Assembly: GCA_010909165.1 (NCBI GenBank)
Contig: MU008169.1
Location: 1,054,001-1,118,000 of the forward strand
Length of the DNA: 64,000 nt
Source: Anthoceros angustus
Taxonomy: Eukaryota; Plantae; Anthocerotophyta
Reading direction: 5' to 3'
A model generated the notes under the pieces. That model searched no databases, was not told where the DNA came from, and saw only the letters and a list, made by a program, of their open reading frames with translations. Below are positions 13,721 through 25,222 of this stretch, one piece after another (positions within the stretch are counted from its first letter, which is position 1; every line of letters begins with the position of its first letter). The position numbers were made by a program, and so were the translations under genes.

Positions 13721-15623
13721 TTAGAAGTCCAGCAATTCGCGATCCATGTAAAATTTGCCCGATTGCAACTCACTTGCTGGCAACAAAGCGAGCCACACGC
13801 CATCCGCTCCTCCTTCAGCAGCAGTTTTCCAGACCGTTCCGGGAGGTTGGCGCCCACGACGACGAAGCTGGAGACGACGTTGGAGTGGCCGGTGTTGAGC
13901 TTCAGCCCGGAGGACTGATTGTAGCACACCATGCCGTCCACCTGGACCCCGGACGAGGCCCAGTCCAGGTACATGCACTGGACGCCCTGACGGCGTAGTT
14001 GCAGGAGAGGTAGTTCCCGGGTTGATCCAGTGCGAGGCGAAGTAGATGGCGGCCGCATCGGACGCCGTCGGCAGCCCGGGCGACGGTGATGTAGTTGTTG
14101 CTGATGGTGCTCAGCATGCAGTCGCCCACGTTGTGCTGCCCGGTCCTGCACTGCACCCCGCGAACGCCTGGTTCCGGAAGACGTTGTTGGAGACGGAGAC
14201 GCCCACCGACATGCGGCGGAGGAACGCGCCCACCTGGGCTCCCGTGACGACGCTGTTGGTGAGGGAGACCGCGGCCGGGACGCGGCCCGGCCCGTCGCCC
14301 ACGAACCCGAAGTCCACGGCGGCGACGTCGGACGGGAGGGTGGCGACGGCCAGGAGTCGAGGCCGATCTGGGTCGATTCCTGCACGTCGATGCGGCCCAG
14401 GATGTGGGTGGATTTCGCGATCTGGATGCCCCAGGAGCGGTAGATGAGGATGGCTGGGCAGAGCACCGACCCAGTACGCGTCGTGCGGGAACGACGACTC
14501 GCAGTCGCCGTCCGCCGCCCCGGCGCGTCCAGCGGGAGGTGCCCGTTGTTCCTCCAGGCCGGCTCGGTCATATCCGTGATAGTCCAGCCAGGGCAATAGG
14601 GGGTCACATACACTTTTTGCCCTGTAGGCCTGTCACCCAGCTGCTTAGCCAAGAGCCGAGAATACGCGTTCACAAGAGCCTTGGAAAAGTGGTAGTGAGT
14701 TTTGGCCCATGTGCCTTTCTCCGGCTCCTTCAGAGATGCGTAGTATCCCTCCACCAATTCGTCCAACACCTCCTCCGAAAGTTTGTCCACATTTTCCAGA
14801 GTCTGCCTTACAGAATCCTTGCCAAGAATCTGTAAAAGGAGAGCGGTACAGGGTTAGCTTGCAGTTTAAGCAGAAAGAGTCCATGACAATCGACCTAGGC
14901 AAATGTAGAGGACAAAATACTCGACTCACCTCCAACAGCCCTGTCCGAGAGCTAACAGTGACAATTCGTGCGCCGGCCTCTGATGCTCTCAGCAGAGGCA
15001 GGATGCTTCTGGTTACAAACTTGACTCCGTAGAAGTTTGTGTTGAGGGTCGTTACCGCACCTTCAGGGTAGTAGAAGACGCCAGCATTGTTAACCTGACA
15101 GAAGACGGAACCTTGAGAACGCCACTTGCAAACAGCACAAACTCATCCAACACGGCAATTTAGCATGATATGACGGCATCAACTAACCAGTATGTCGACA
15201 GCACCGTACTTTCCCTTCAACCAATCCGCAAGCTTCTGTGCCGACTCATCGCTTGCAACATCCAGCTGATGATACACAACCGGAAGGCCCTCGTCCACAA
15301 GCTTCTTCACAGCATCTCGCCCTCTCGTCTCGTCCCGTGAGGTCAACACTGTGGTTATCCCGTTCTGTGCAAGCTGCTTGGCTATCTCGTAGCCTATGCC
15401 TTTGTTGCCCCCGGTTACAACAGCAACGGTATCCTTGGACCACCATCTGCTTGAACCACAACAGGGGAGTGGCTGGGTAAGTATACTGGCGCGCTCGACA
15501 AAGCACAGACCCGAGCACATTACAGATGTTCCATGGCAGTCCAGACCTCGTCTTCTCACTCGTCATTGTAAAACCTTGGAGCTGCGTTCACATTCTGATA
15601 CTCGCAACTGCGAATGGCACCAT
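13721..15623 (-). CDS. Carbonyl reductase / neomenthol dehydrogenase-like SDR paralog, interrupted in this sequence by a ~690-bp piece of the beta-helix gene
   Basis: ATG at 15623. WWSKDTVAVVTGGNKGIG Rossmann motif, VNNAG, YHFSK. Same 4-exon layout as 40465-41668. Insert at 13848-14532. Confidence 0.8.
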
Positions 15624-16615
15624 ATTTATATCCCCTGCTGGAACCTTTCAGTCCCTTCCCGCTGAGGTTCCCTGTTTCACACGCGGCAAAAAACACCTCA
15701 AGCAGGAATCTTGTGAAAGGAGTGTCCCGGCAAACCGGAACTGTACAAGTTCCATGTTCCAATATACCAGCTCACTAATAGGTATATATTCAAAGACATC
15801 AAATTGAAGTCCATGAAGGGGAGGTACATGTTTAGTCTGCCAATTCAAATTATGTTTCTAGATCTAAAGTAAAATAATAAAGCCCATCAAAGAAAATTTT
15901 ACCTGTTTTATTCAATAAAAAAAATTTCAATCTCAGCTTTCTTTTTAAGATATCACTTTGAATCATATGAAAACTATAACATGTAAGTTACATGTTATGA
16001 GGTTCACACAGTTTTGATGATTGTATTTGTAAGTTGGATATTCTGCGTGCTTCGTAAAAGAGATTACATAAAACGTGTAAAAGTGATTACGTAAAGAACA
16101 CATGTGACATAGAAGTCTCCTAGCTCATATAGTGACTTATTTACATAGCACTTTTTAGCTAGCTTCATTATGCACATAGGGATTGACATATACATATTCG
16201 TTCCTTGCGTGTCCTCTTGATCGGCTTTCGACCCCTTTATCATTGTTCTCTAACAAACCCCTAACGCTCTTTTAGGCCCGGTTTGCTAATGAGCCTTATC
16301 ATTATTCTATAGAGCTCATAACATCCCTTCCCACATCAGAGGGCTGTACCTAATTAAAAGGTCTTTGATTTGCTAATGAGGATTATCAATTCATTTTGTG
16401 CACTTTGATGGGTTGGGTACCTTACACAGGTCTAGAAGTATCACAAATAACCATATCCAATTCCACAATCACTTTATCTTCCTTAGCGACTCAATAAAAT
16501 TCCTTTTTGGTGTAAAATTTGGAGATAAGTCATAATAAGTAGTCATACAACAACAACAACTTTATTGTATATGTCATACCACCTGACTAAGTACCCGGTA
16601 TCCTGATCTGTCCAT

Positions 16616-16651
16616 TTTGACAGGCTTAAACACATGATTAAGCCTGTCAAA
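16616..16651. other. Perfect 14-bp hairpin
   Basis: TTTGACAGGCTTAA-acacatga-TTAAGCCTGTCAAA. Confidence 0.8.
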
Positions 16652-17123
16652 TCATCCGATTTTGGAATCAACAACCCTAGCCCTTAGCCAGGACCACGGT
16701 GGTAGTGGTGCATAGTGATGCTACTCTGACGGGTTCCATACACGGTGGAACATGTTATTGTCTATAAAGATGTCTTTTATTCCCTCGTAGCCTTCATCAA
16801 AACCATGAGGCCTTTGTGGAGTATGTCGATTGCCTCAAGTCTAAGCCCAAAAGTCGGTACCAAAATGAGAAGAAGCGGACAAACTCCCACTAGACCTTGC
16901 AAGCTACACACGACAAACTCCCACTAGACCTTGCAAGCTACACACGTAAGATAAAAGCCACTCATAGTTGGATCACTTTGTCTCCACCTTGTTGTTATTG
17001 GAAGAAGAAAAGAATCCTAGGCCTGGGACAAAGGAAGTCTGGTCCTTTCAAGCTAGCCCTAAAATTCACTGGTCTGCCCTCATGGAAACATCGAACTAGC
17101 CAGGGAAACCAGGGAATATGTAC

Positions 17124-18892
17124 TCATCGGCTAGGCTGGGAGTAGTCGTCCGCAGCAGCGTTGGTGAACCAACGGCCAACCAGGACGCCGGGCTTGACGT
17201 TGTAGCGGGCAAGGTAATCCGCATCCGCCACCTTCTGGACCCCGTTCTGCGACTTGGGGCAGGAACGGAATCCCGGGTAAAGGTTGTAAACGGGCGAGGA
17301 AGGCGCCACCCCGAAGTCGAGCCCGTTAAAATCCGCAAACTGCATAACCTTACTGGTAAGCGGGGGAGCCGTGTAGTTAAGGCTGTTAAGCGCCGGCACC
17401 ACGCTCACATTCGCGCAGCTGAGATAAGTAGGCGTGTTCCTGGGCTTGCGCGGATCCACGATCACCAGCTCCAGCCGGTTCCCGGTGGGAATCCCGCTGC
17501 AGCCGCCGGTCACCTCGGTGGGCGCGCTCCCGGGCGGGTTGCAGCCGACGCCCCCGAAGCGGCTCAGCTTGCAGAAGTCCGTGAGCCAGGGGTACGCCTT
17601 GCGGAACGCGGGCGAGCTGTAGGACGCGATCCGCTGCGCGTCCCAGAACTTCCCGATCTCGGCCCGGCAGTTGTTGAGCTCGAAGTTCTGGCAGCTGATC
17701 CATCCCGGGAGGTTGGCGCCCACGACGACGAAGCTGGAGACGACGTTGGAGTGGCCGGTGTTGAGCTTCAGCCCGGAGGACTGATTGTAGCACACCATGC
17801 CGTCCACCTGGACCCCGGACGAGGCCCAGTCCAGGTACATGCACTGGACGCCCCCGACGGCGTAGTTGCAGGAGAGGTAGTTCCCGGGGTTGATCCAGTG
17901 CGAGGCGAAGTAGATGGCGGCCGCATCGGACGCCGTCGGGTAGCCCGGGGCGACGGTGATGTAGTTGTTGCTGATGGTGCTCAGCATGCAGTCGCCCACG
18001 TTGTGCTGCCCGGTCCCGCACTGCACCCCCGCGAACGCCTGGTTCCGGAAGACGTTGTTGGAGACGGAGACGCCCACCGACATGCGGCGGAGGAACGCGC
18101 CCACCTGGGCTCCCGTGACGACGCTGTTGGTGAGGGAGACCGCGGCCGGGACGCGGCCCGGCCCGTCGCCCACGAACCCGAAGTCCACGGCGGCGACGTC
18201 GGACGGGAGGGTGGCGACGGCCAGGGAGTCGAGGCCGATCTGGGTCGATTCCTGCACGTCGATGCGGCCCAGGATGTGGGTGGATTTCGCGATCTGGATG
18301 CCCCAGGAGCGGTAGATGAGGATGGCTGGGCAGAGCACCGACCCCGAGTACGCGTCGTGCGGGAACGACGACTCGCAGTCGCCGTCCGCCGCCCCCGGCG
18401 CGTCCAGCGGGAGGTGGAAGTTGAGGTTCTGGATGAGGACGTTGGAGGCGTTCCAGAGGACCAGGACCGGGCCGGCCGACGCGTTGTTGTCCAAGAAGAT
18501 CGTGGGCGACCGGTCGCCCGCGCTCGTGAGGATGGTGCATGAGAACTCCTCTGACAGGGTTATGGTGGACGGGGTTTTCAGGTCCGTTGCCACTGCCAAA
18601 GTTACCGTTGTGTTGGACGGGTACAGGGTCCGCTTGTACAGGTCCGCCGGCGTGTTCACCACGATTCGTTTTGCGTTCACGTATGTGGAGCACGGCCCGC
18701 CTGCAGAAATGACCTCTTCCATGTTAGCATCATGAAGTGAAGAATGCATGCAATGGCATGAAGAGGAAGGTTGGAGGAGATGGAGAGGATACCTTTTGCA
18801 GATACCATGGTGGGTTGGTGGCACAGGGTGGCCAGCGCTGAGATGCACAGCACCAGGCCGGAGTGGAAGAGAGCTGCATGGCTTCTAGCCAT
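17124..18892 (-). CDS. Secreted right-handed parallel beta-helix (pectin-lyase-fold-like) protein, about 558 aa, 2 exons (18892-18793, 18700-17124)
   Basis: Signal-peptide-like exon MARSHAALFHSGLVLCISALATL. A phase-1 GT..AG intron (18792-18701) splices in frame into the 574-aa ORF. Asn-ladder repeats (NVLIQNLNF, VSVSNNVF, STISNNYI) and a DAAAIY...GN...YLD..SSG motif. Confidence 0.8.
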
Positions 18893-19554
18893 TTTGCTCC
18901 CCAGCAAGAGAGAAGGGACTCGAGTGTGGAACCGTGAAGGAAGACTGCTCTTCTGTCTTGGGGCAGCAGGAGGAATGCGGGCTTCATATAGTGTGGGAAG
19001 GCCAGCTCCCATCATTGGGTGCACTGCTCTGGAGAAGCAAGTCTTGGAAGTGTGGAGGTTGGAGACGTTCGGTTTCAGAAATTCATGCCTGTTGCAAGCA
19101 CATGTTGTGAGCATTGGCCTTTGGCCTTCACGATTCCTCACCGCTGTCTTCTAATCTTGAAGTAGGAGGTTAAAAGTTCCTTGCTTGCAAATTGGAGCAC
19201 GACCACCATCACGGTGCTTTGTTTGTAAGCTTGAAGTAAGGGGAAGCAGTTAATGAATTAAGCTCAGCTGAGAGGCATCGGGCTCTTCAAGGTAGGTGCG
19301 TTGCAAAGAATTCATACATTGATGAGCATCGCTTCGTTTCTCATCTCGCATGCACCAAGGAAGAAGCGGGAGTTAAGGGTTACGGCCGTGGGTGGTGCGA
19401 AACCACACTCGTTGAACAGTCTGTGCAGATTTGCTATCCGGGCTAGGAGGATGGGGACTCTCACGTTCGTGCAAGAGGAGGAGGGCGATGTAGAGAAATT
19501 GAGGGGGCTAGACTAGGGCAGGAATAGGTAGGGGTGGTTGCTTGATTAGGTGGT

Positions 19555-20708
19555 ATGGCGGCAGCGGTGAGGTGCGTTCGGCACCTGCTGGGCAGGCTTG
19601 CAGTAGACCCGATTTCGCAAGGTCAGTCGCAACCGCTGGGATTGGCAGCTGCGGCAGGGGCAGGGGCAGGGGCGGGATGGTTGCACCATGGCCGGGTGAA
19701 TGGGGTGGCTGCACTTGCTGCGCAGCTGAGAGGTCTCTCCACGCTGCCCACCGCCCTGGAGAGCCCTGCTGCTGAAGCTGTGGAAAGCACGGAAGGTGGC
19801 GTTGGGCAGCAGGAAAGCCCGGCTCCGCCCCCCCCCAAGTACACCCTGGCGGCTGTGAAGCAGGCTGCGGATGTTGGGTACAGCGTGCAGGGACGCTTCG
19901 ACGGCAGCCACATATGGATCAAGCGGCAGCAAGCCTTCGCAGTTGTTCAGGTGGGTTGGGGTGCCGGGTGTGGTCGTTGCGGGATCCGATCCCGAACTCT
20001 GGTCTCACGAGGTGCTTGGCTGTATGGCAGGTGGGGTCACACCAGTTCAAGGTCACCCCAGGGGATCTCATCTACACGGAGAAGCTCAAGTACACTGACA
20101 TCAACGACAAGGTAGCAGGAAAGGGCGGAGAAGTGTTGATGTAAGTTTTGCGAGCAGCTGGGCTGGGCTGGCTTCTCATGGCTGGGCATACCATGTTGTG
20201 CAGCTGGCGTTGGAGAAGGTCTTGTTGGTGGGTACGACCACCAAAACCATCATAGGCAGACCCACAGTGCCCAACACCACTGTGTATGCAGCTGTGGAGG
20301 AGCATGTAAGCAAGCACTGTGACTTCTCTACTGTCGTTGCTCCAGTCATCCACCTTCTCTTCGTCTGCTTCATTTGGATTTGCTGATGGGGTGCAGGCAC
20401 TGGATGCTAAAGTGATCATCTTCAAGAAGAAAAGGAGGAAAAATTATCGGAGGTGCAAAGGTCATCGGCAAGTAAGCTACAACATGCTGTAGCTCCTTGT
20501 GATGGATCTTCCTCTGCATCTTTGGATGTGGCCCAGGGGACACATTTATACTATACTTCTGTGTGTAAGGTAGCTGGAACCTTAGATGCCCAGACTGTGA
20601 AGCTGTCTGACTGTTTCCTGCTTGCAGGAGCTGACTGCTCTGAGGATTCTCAACATCAACGGTTTCGAGGAAGTGAAGGATGCAGGACAGCTTGCCAAGG
20701 CTGCCTGA
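19555..20708 (+). CDS. RPL21: 50S ribosomal protein L21, mitochondrial type, 5 exons
   Basis: FAVVQ|VGSHQFKVTPGDLIYTEKL...|LALEKVLLVG...|ALDAKVIIFKKKRRKNYRRCKGHRQ|ELTALRI. Presequence-like N-terminus and GT-AG introns. Confidence 0.93.
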
Positions 20709-21549
20709 TGAGCTCTTCCTGGTGTCTGGCAATGTGAAATGTTCTGCATTTGCAAGGGGTGCATCTACAAGACGGATGGATACCTGGCCTCAAGAGATCT
20801 TCCGACGCGCATAACACATGTATAATTAGGCGGTTTGGAGGCCATCGAATCTCCTGGAGTCGCTTTCTTCTTACATGGTCTCTGACCCAGTGCTTGGGCC
20901 GTCAGGAGTTTGAGTTGTCGGCTATCAGGCATTCCATTCCCGGACAGAACGGCAGGATTTTTGTGACATGTTTCCTGTCTTGTTGTACCTGCCAACTTGG
21001 CTGGCGAGAGCTTCAGACGTAAGCATCCAGTTCTGGAGAGTGCGTGACTTCGAAGGTCAGAGACGCTTTATTGTGGCAGACACTTGCTTTAAAAACATGT
21101 GCCTTGGCTGTGCTACCTTCCTTCCATTGTATGTATACGTCTGCGTGCATGTACATACTTACGTCTCTTCTGCTACCATCCCACCCGTGAGCTGCAAGGA
21201 ACCTTCACGTGACTGCAGTTACATAGGGGTCGTCTCTGCAACAGACTCCGTGAGATTTTGAGTCACAAGGTTCACATCTAGTACGTAGTAGTGTCTGTAC
21301 TTCGAACTTCGGGTGAAGGCGTTGCTCACATCTTATTACTGTTCAAGAATGAATGCGACTTTACATTGGTGAAGCAAAGTCTGCTTCTGTGGAAGAGTTT
21401 TGACCAAAAAAGGATTCCTTTTTTTCGAGTTCGTGCATAAATACAGGACTGATGAACGGTAGTTTGGAAGAGAACTTCACCTTTATCGTCTGTTGGTTGT
21501 CATGGAAAACGAATTGATCACGGTGTCCCAGGTTTGAAGCATTTGCAGC

Positions 21550-23283
21550 TCATCTGCTCATGTTGTTTACAGTTGGATTGGTCCGTGTCTTTCTCAAGTT
21601 GTGTTCTTGGACAAGCTGCTCGGCGAACCAGTCCAAACGTTCCGAGTTGCTTTGAGAAAGCGTCCTTTTACCACCGAAGGGGTTGTGCTCCATCCCCATT
21701 TGCCCTAACAAATCATCTGCTAGCTTCATCAGTCTGTTCACATTGCTTCTGCTGGGGTCGTCCATCTCAGTCAGACAACGGTCTGGGAGACCAGAGACCT
21801 GCTACACACGACACGTTGTGGTTAAAAATCAAGTGATGTAAATGTGCTTCCGACAGACCGATATTGGCGGTGATGGTGGGCGATGCGGTTTGGCATCGTT
21901 TGCTGTTCCAAACCCCAACAAAGAAAACAGATAAGGGATTTCTGTTACCTGTATACGAACGTAGTTCTCACGATGCGCTCCAAAGGATATACAAATTGTG
22001 TGGTCCACAATGTCGGAGATCCCATCGAGCACAATTTTCACAATAGGTTTTGCCCACTGGAATGCTCCCCACTGGCGAACCTTCTTATACTTGTAGGTGC
22101 GATCAAACTGGCCCGTGCCTATTGACAGCACAAGCAGATCATGAACTCCTCGGACAGAAGGAAACTCACGCTTATTGTGCAACACATGGGTAATTGCCGC
22201 TGCAGTGGGATTGTTCATCACCAGCCCCCCATCCACCGCTGTGCACGTTGTTTTGCCGTCTATGGATGTCAAGTGCGCTGGCTTGAAGAAGGCAGGCACA
22301 GCAGAAGTTGCCCGGCAAACCTCCCACAGCCGAAAATCCCAAGTCTCTGCACCCAGCGCGTCAGCTCTTGAGAACAGAAAGGTTCCCGCGCTACAGAGAT
22401 CATAACAAGGAATAAGAACTGGTTTGATGGTATCCCTCAACGTCAGAGCACGACCCTCCCTCACCAGATGCTCTTTCAATACCTCCTCCAAATACTTGGA
22501 AGAGTACCTGGGAGTCAGAATTCCCCGCAAACTCGCCCATGGACGCTGCAGCTTCGGTATCTTGAAAATCTGTCGCCCCTTCTCAGCAATAAGTTTCCAA
22601 GTCTCCTCTCCCCGGAACAGGGGCCGACCCTTCCCATCGTCCGTGAAAAGCATAGTGGCAAGTATCCCGCCCACACTCGTCCCTGCTGCCACGTCGAAAT
22701 AATCCACAATTCGAGCCTCGGGATCCCCACTCTTCTTCTTCAGAGCTTCCTCCAGGTATGCCAAGACTCTTCCCGCAATGATACCTCTCATGCCGCCTCC
22801 ATCGATGGACAGGATACAGACTTTCCCCCTCTCCACGTCCGCTCCACCATAGGAGACAACCTCAGGCTTCTCGGGTTCTGAGGACATTCTCGCATCCCCT
22901 GCTACCTCCACATCCAGTTGAGGAAGCTCCGCGGAAAAGTGCGGACGCTGCTCCTCATTTTCTATCAAGTCAGTCGGAACCGCAGTTGACCGAAACGGGG
23001 AAGCAGGACCTCGGGTCGGAGAAGGTGCGCTACTGCCTGACACACGATTTCTGATCGGGCTCCTCCCAGGAGAAGGTGTGACATAACTTCTGGAATGTCT
23101 GGACCTAGCAGGACGATTGTTGGAGGCTGACAAAGTACCAATCTTGGACGCAGTGCCGGCGGTTTTCCTCGGGGACTCAACAGTCATGAATGGAGGAGGT
23201 TCACCGGCCACAGATCGATTTCCATAAACACCTTCGGTGTCATCATCCAGCTCCGGAAACAGGCTAAGTAACCTCGGCATCAT
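21550..23283 (-). CDS. Patatin-related phospholipase, pPLAIII-like, 2 exons (23283-21949, 21798-21550)
   Basis: ILSIDGGGMRG, DVAAGTSVGG, DGGLVMNNPTAAAITHVLHNKREFP, LLVLSIGTG. Second exon VSGLPDRCLTEMDDPS... Confidence 0.92.
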
Positions 23284-24739
23284 GCAAAATCTCAGGCTGC
23301 TACAACCATCTCAAATCAGTTAAGACAGAAATCCAAATTCGCCTCTTTACCGTCCTAGCTTGAGCTGTCCAGGAAATCGCAACAGGGAATGTCAATCACA
23401 GGTTGAGCAAAGAAGAAAAGACATGCTCCAGGCCAAGACCGGCCCCGCGAGAAACGGACAAAGGACTTCATGCCGGGAGGAAACACAATCTACGGACACA
23501 GGCCACAGGGGAGGGGGTGAAGCAATGTCACGGAATGCAAGCTAAGCTGCAGTACCTTTCACCAGGCAGGGAGAAAAAGCATTCAGCAACAGCAGCAGCA
23601 GCAGCACTCCTCAGTCTCTATGCCAGTACCGCACTCAATTGGCTAGATTGGCGAACACGAGGAGCCTTGGCGCGCCATTCCGCACTGTCCTGGGGCCGGC
23701 ACAAACCCCTGCACGGCTGACCATCACTCTACACGGCCGGGCACAGTGGAACAGCTGGAATTGTAGCACCTCCAAAACAGCACACAGTACACTGCTAAAC
23801 CAGTACTGCTCTGCTCCACCATCTCCAGTAAACTCCCCCCCGCGGCTGCAGTGACATGTGCCGACTTCCTCGCTATCTCCCTCGCTCAATTGACCCTCCC
23901 TTGCTGTCCTGTGAGGGGGAAGCCGCGATCAGAGGCTTGCAAGGGCAAATCCTGTGCGGAATCGAGGTGAAACCTGCAAGACATGAGTGCAGCCGCCGGC
24001 CGCAGGCCACAGCCCAGCTGATGCAACGGCTGTCATTCACTGCGCCGGCGCCGAATTCCCGATATGCAACATCAATGCCGCAACGGCATCGGGGGTGAAG
24101 CCGTCTGCTGTTCTGCCCGTTCCGCACACCGGAAGTTGTTAACAAACAATCCTCTCGAAATTGACTTTAGGGATTGCGTAACAGTTATCACAAGGTCCTG
24201 TTGGATGGTTGGATGTGCGGTCCCAAAGCCAGATAAGTACATTCATGGTACGATGGTGCTGTAGGGCTAATCACTATGCGGCAATAAAACACCAAGCAGA
24301 CATTTTTTACTCCATATTCAGAACCTTCATGTCTTAGTTGGGTACCTATTATAATATAATATAGAAACTCCTCAGTTCCTAAAATACTAAGATTTAAGGT
24401 CCTATCTTCTAGAGGGATATGTGAAAGGGAGAAACTCTTAAGTGGCATTCAAAAGTTACAAAATAAGAAAAACTCTTAAGTGGTATTCAAAAATTGTACA
24501 ATAGAAAAAACCTTTATCACAAGTTTCACCATCATGTCATCTAAAGCATATAGAAGGAGCATATAGAAGTCACACAAAACTACCATATAGAACTTCAAGG
24601 GCCGTACCCAACTTATAGAAGGAATTGTGTAGAAGAAGAAGAAGTCTATTATATCCAATTTGATTAAAAAATTCTTATCATAGGACAACCAAGCATATAG
24701 ATGGCAGGTTATGTAAAAGAAGAAAAGGTCTATTACATC

Positions 24740-25160
24740 CACTTGGAAGGAATTTTTCCCATCACGGTACTTAGTACTTAACAAGTTGTACTATAGTAAA
24801 CCTAAGTTACTTATACTAAGAGCATCACTTTTATCTAAGTGCTGGCACTTAGTACTTCATAACTTGTACCATATTGTGCTCGAGTTACTTGCACTAAGAG
24901 CATGTAAACACCTCATCTAAGTACCGATCTAAGTGCAGAATGCTTAAACGGCGTTCTTATAAATACGGATCCATTTGGCCTAAGCCATTTAGACGTCTAG
25001 TACCGATCTAAGCGCAAGATGCTTTAGCGGCGTTTTTATAAATATGTATCCATTTGGCCTAAGCCATTTGGACGTCTAAGTACCGATCTAAGCGGAGGAT
25101 GCTTGATAGCGGCGTTGTTATAAATGTGTATTCATTTAACCTAAGCGATCTGGACACACA
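24740..25160 (+). repeat. Dispersed repeat with internal ~60-bp tandem units (AAGTACCGATCTAAG...CCATTTGGCCTAAGCCATTT); copies at ~42005-42205 (+) and ~48775-49045 (-)
   Basis: Shared words such as ACAACTTGTACCAT, TAAG(C/T)TACTTGCAC, AAGTACCGATC and ATAAATGTGT(A/G)TCCATTTGGCCTAAG occur in all three places, with some substitutions. Confidence 0.7.
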
Positions 25161-25222
25161 GAAAAGAGAAGCGAAAGGCGCAAGAGGGCCACCAGCAAAA
25201 TTCATCCACCCAAAACTTTCAC

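Larger units (their letters stand above)
1..14541. other. Scrambled mosaic of repeated fragments of a TAF4B paralog, an SDR paralog, the beta-helix gene and an unidentified block, joined at microhomologies
   Basis: The same segments recur 2-5 times in different order (e.g. TAF4B exon 2 at ~1290, 3035, 3760, 5545, 9675; SDR pieces at 9287-9398, 10328-10971, 11467-11901; beta-helix pieces at 12349-12943, 13839-14541). Each switch lies in a short word shared by both donors. Confidence 0.9.

Noticed and set aside
13627-14790. 387-aa SDR/beta-helix fusion ORF
   Set aside because: It crosses mosaic junctions and shifts frame within the inserted fragment, so it is not a credible protein.
17118-18693. 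Overlapping 474-aa (+) and 435-aa (-) ORFs
   Set aside because: They are shadow frames of the high-GC3 beta-helix gene.
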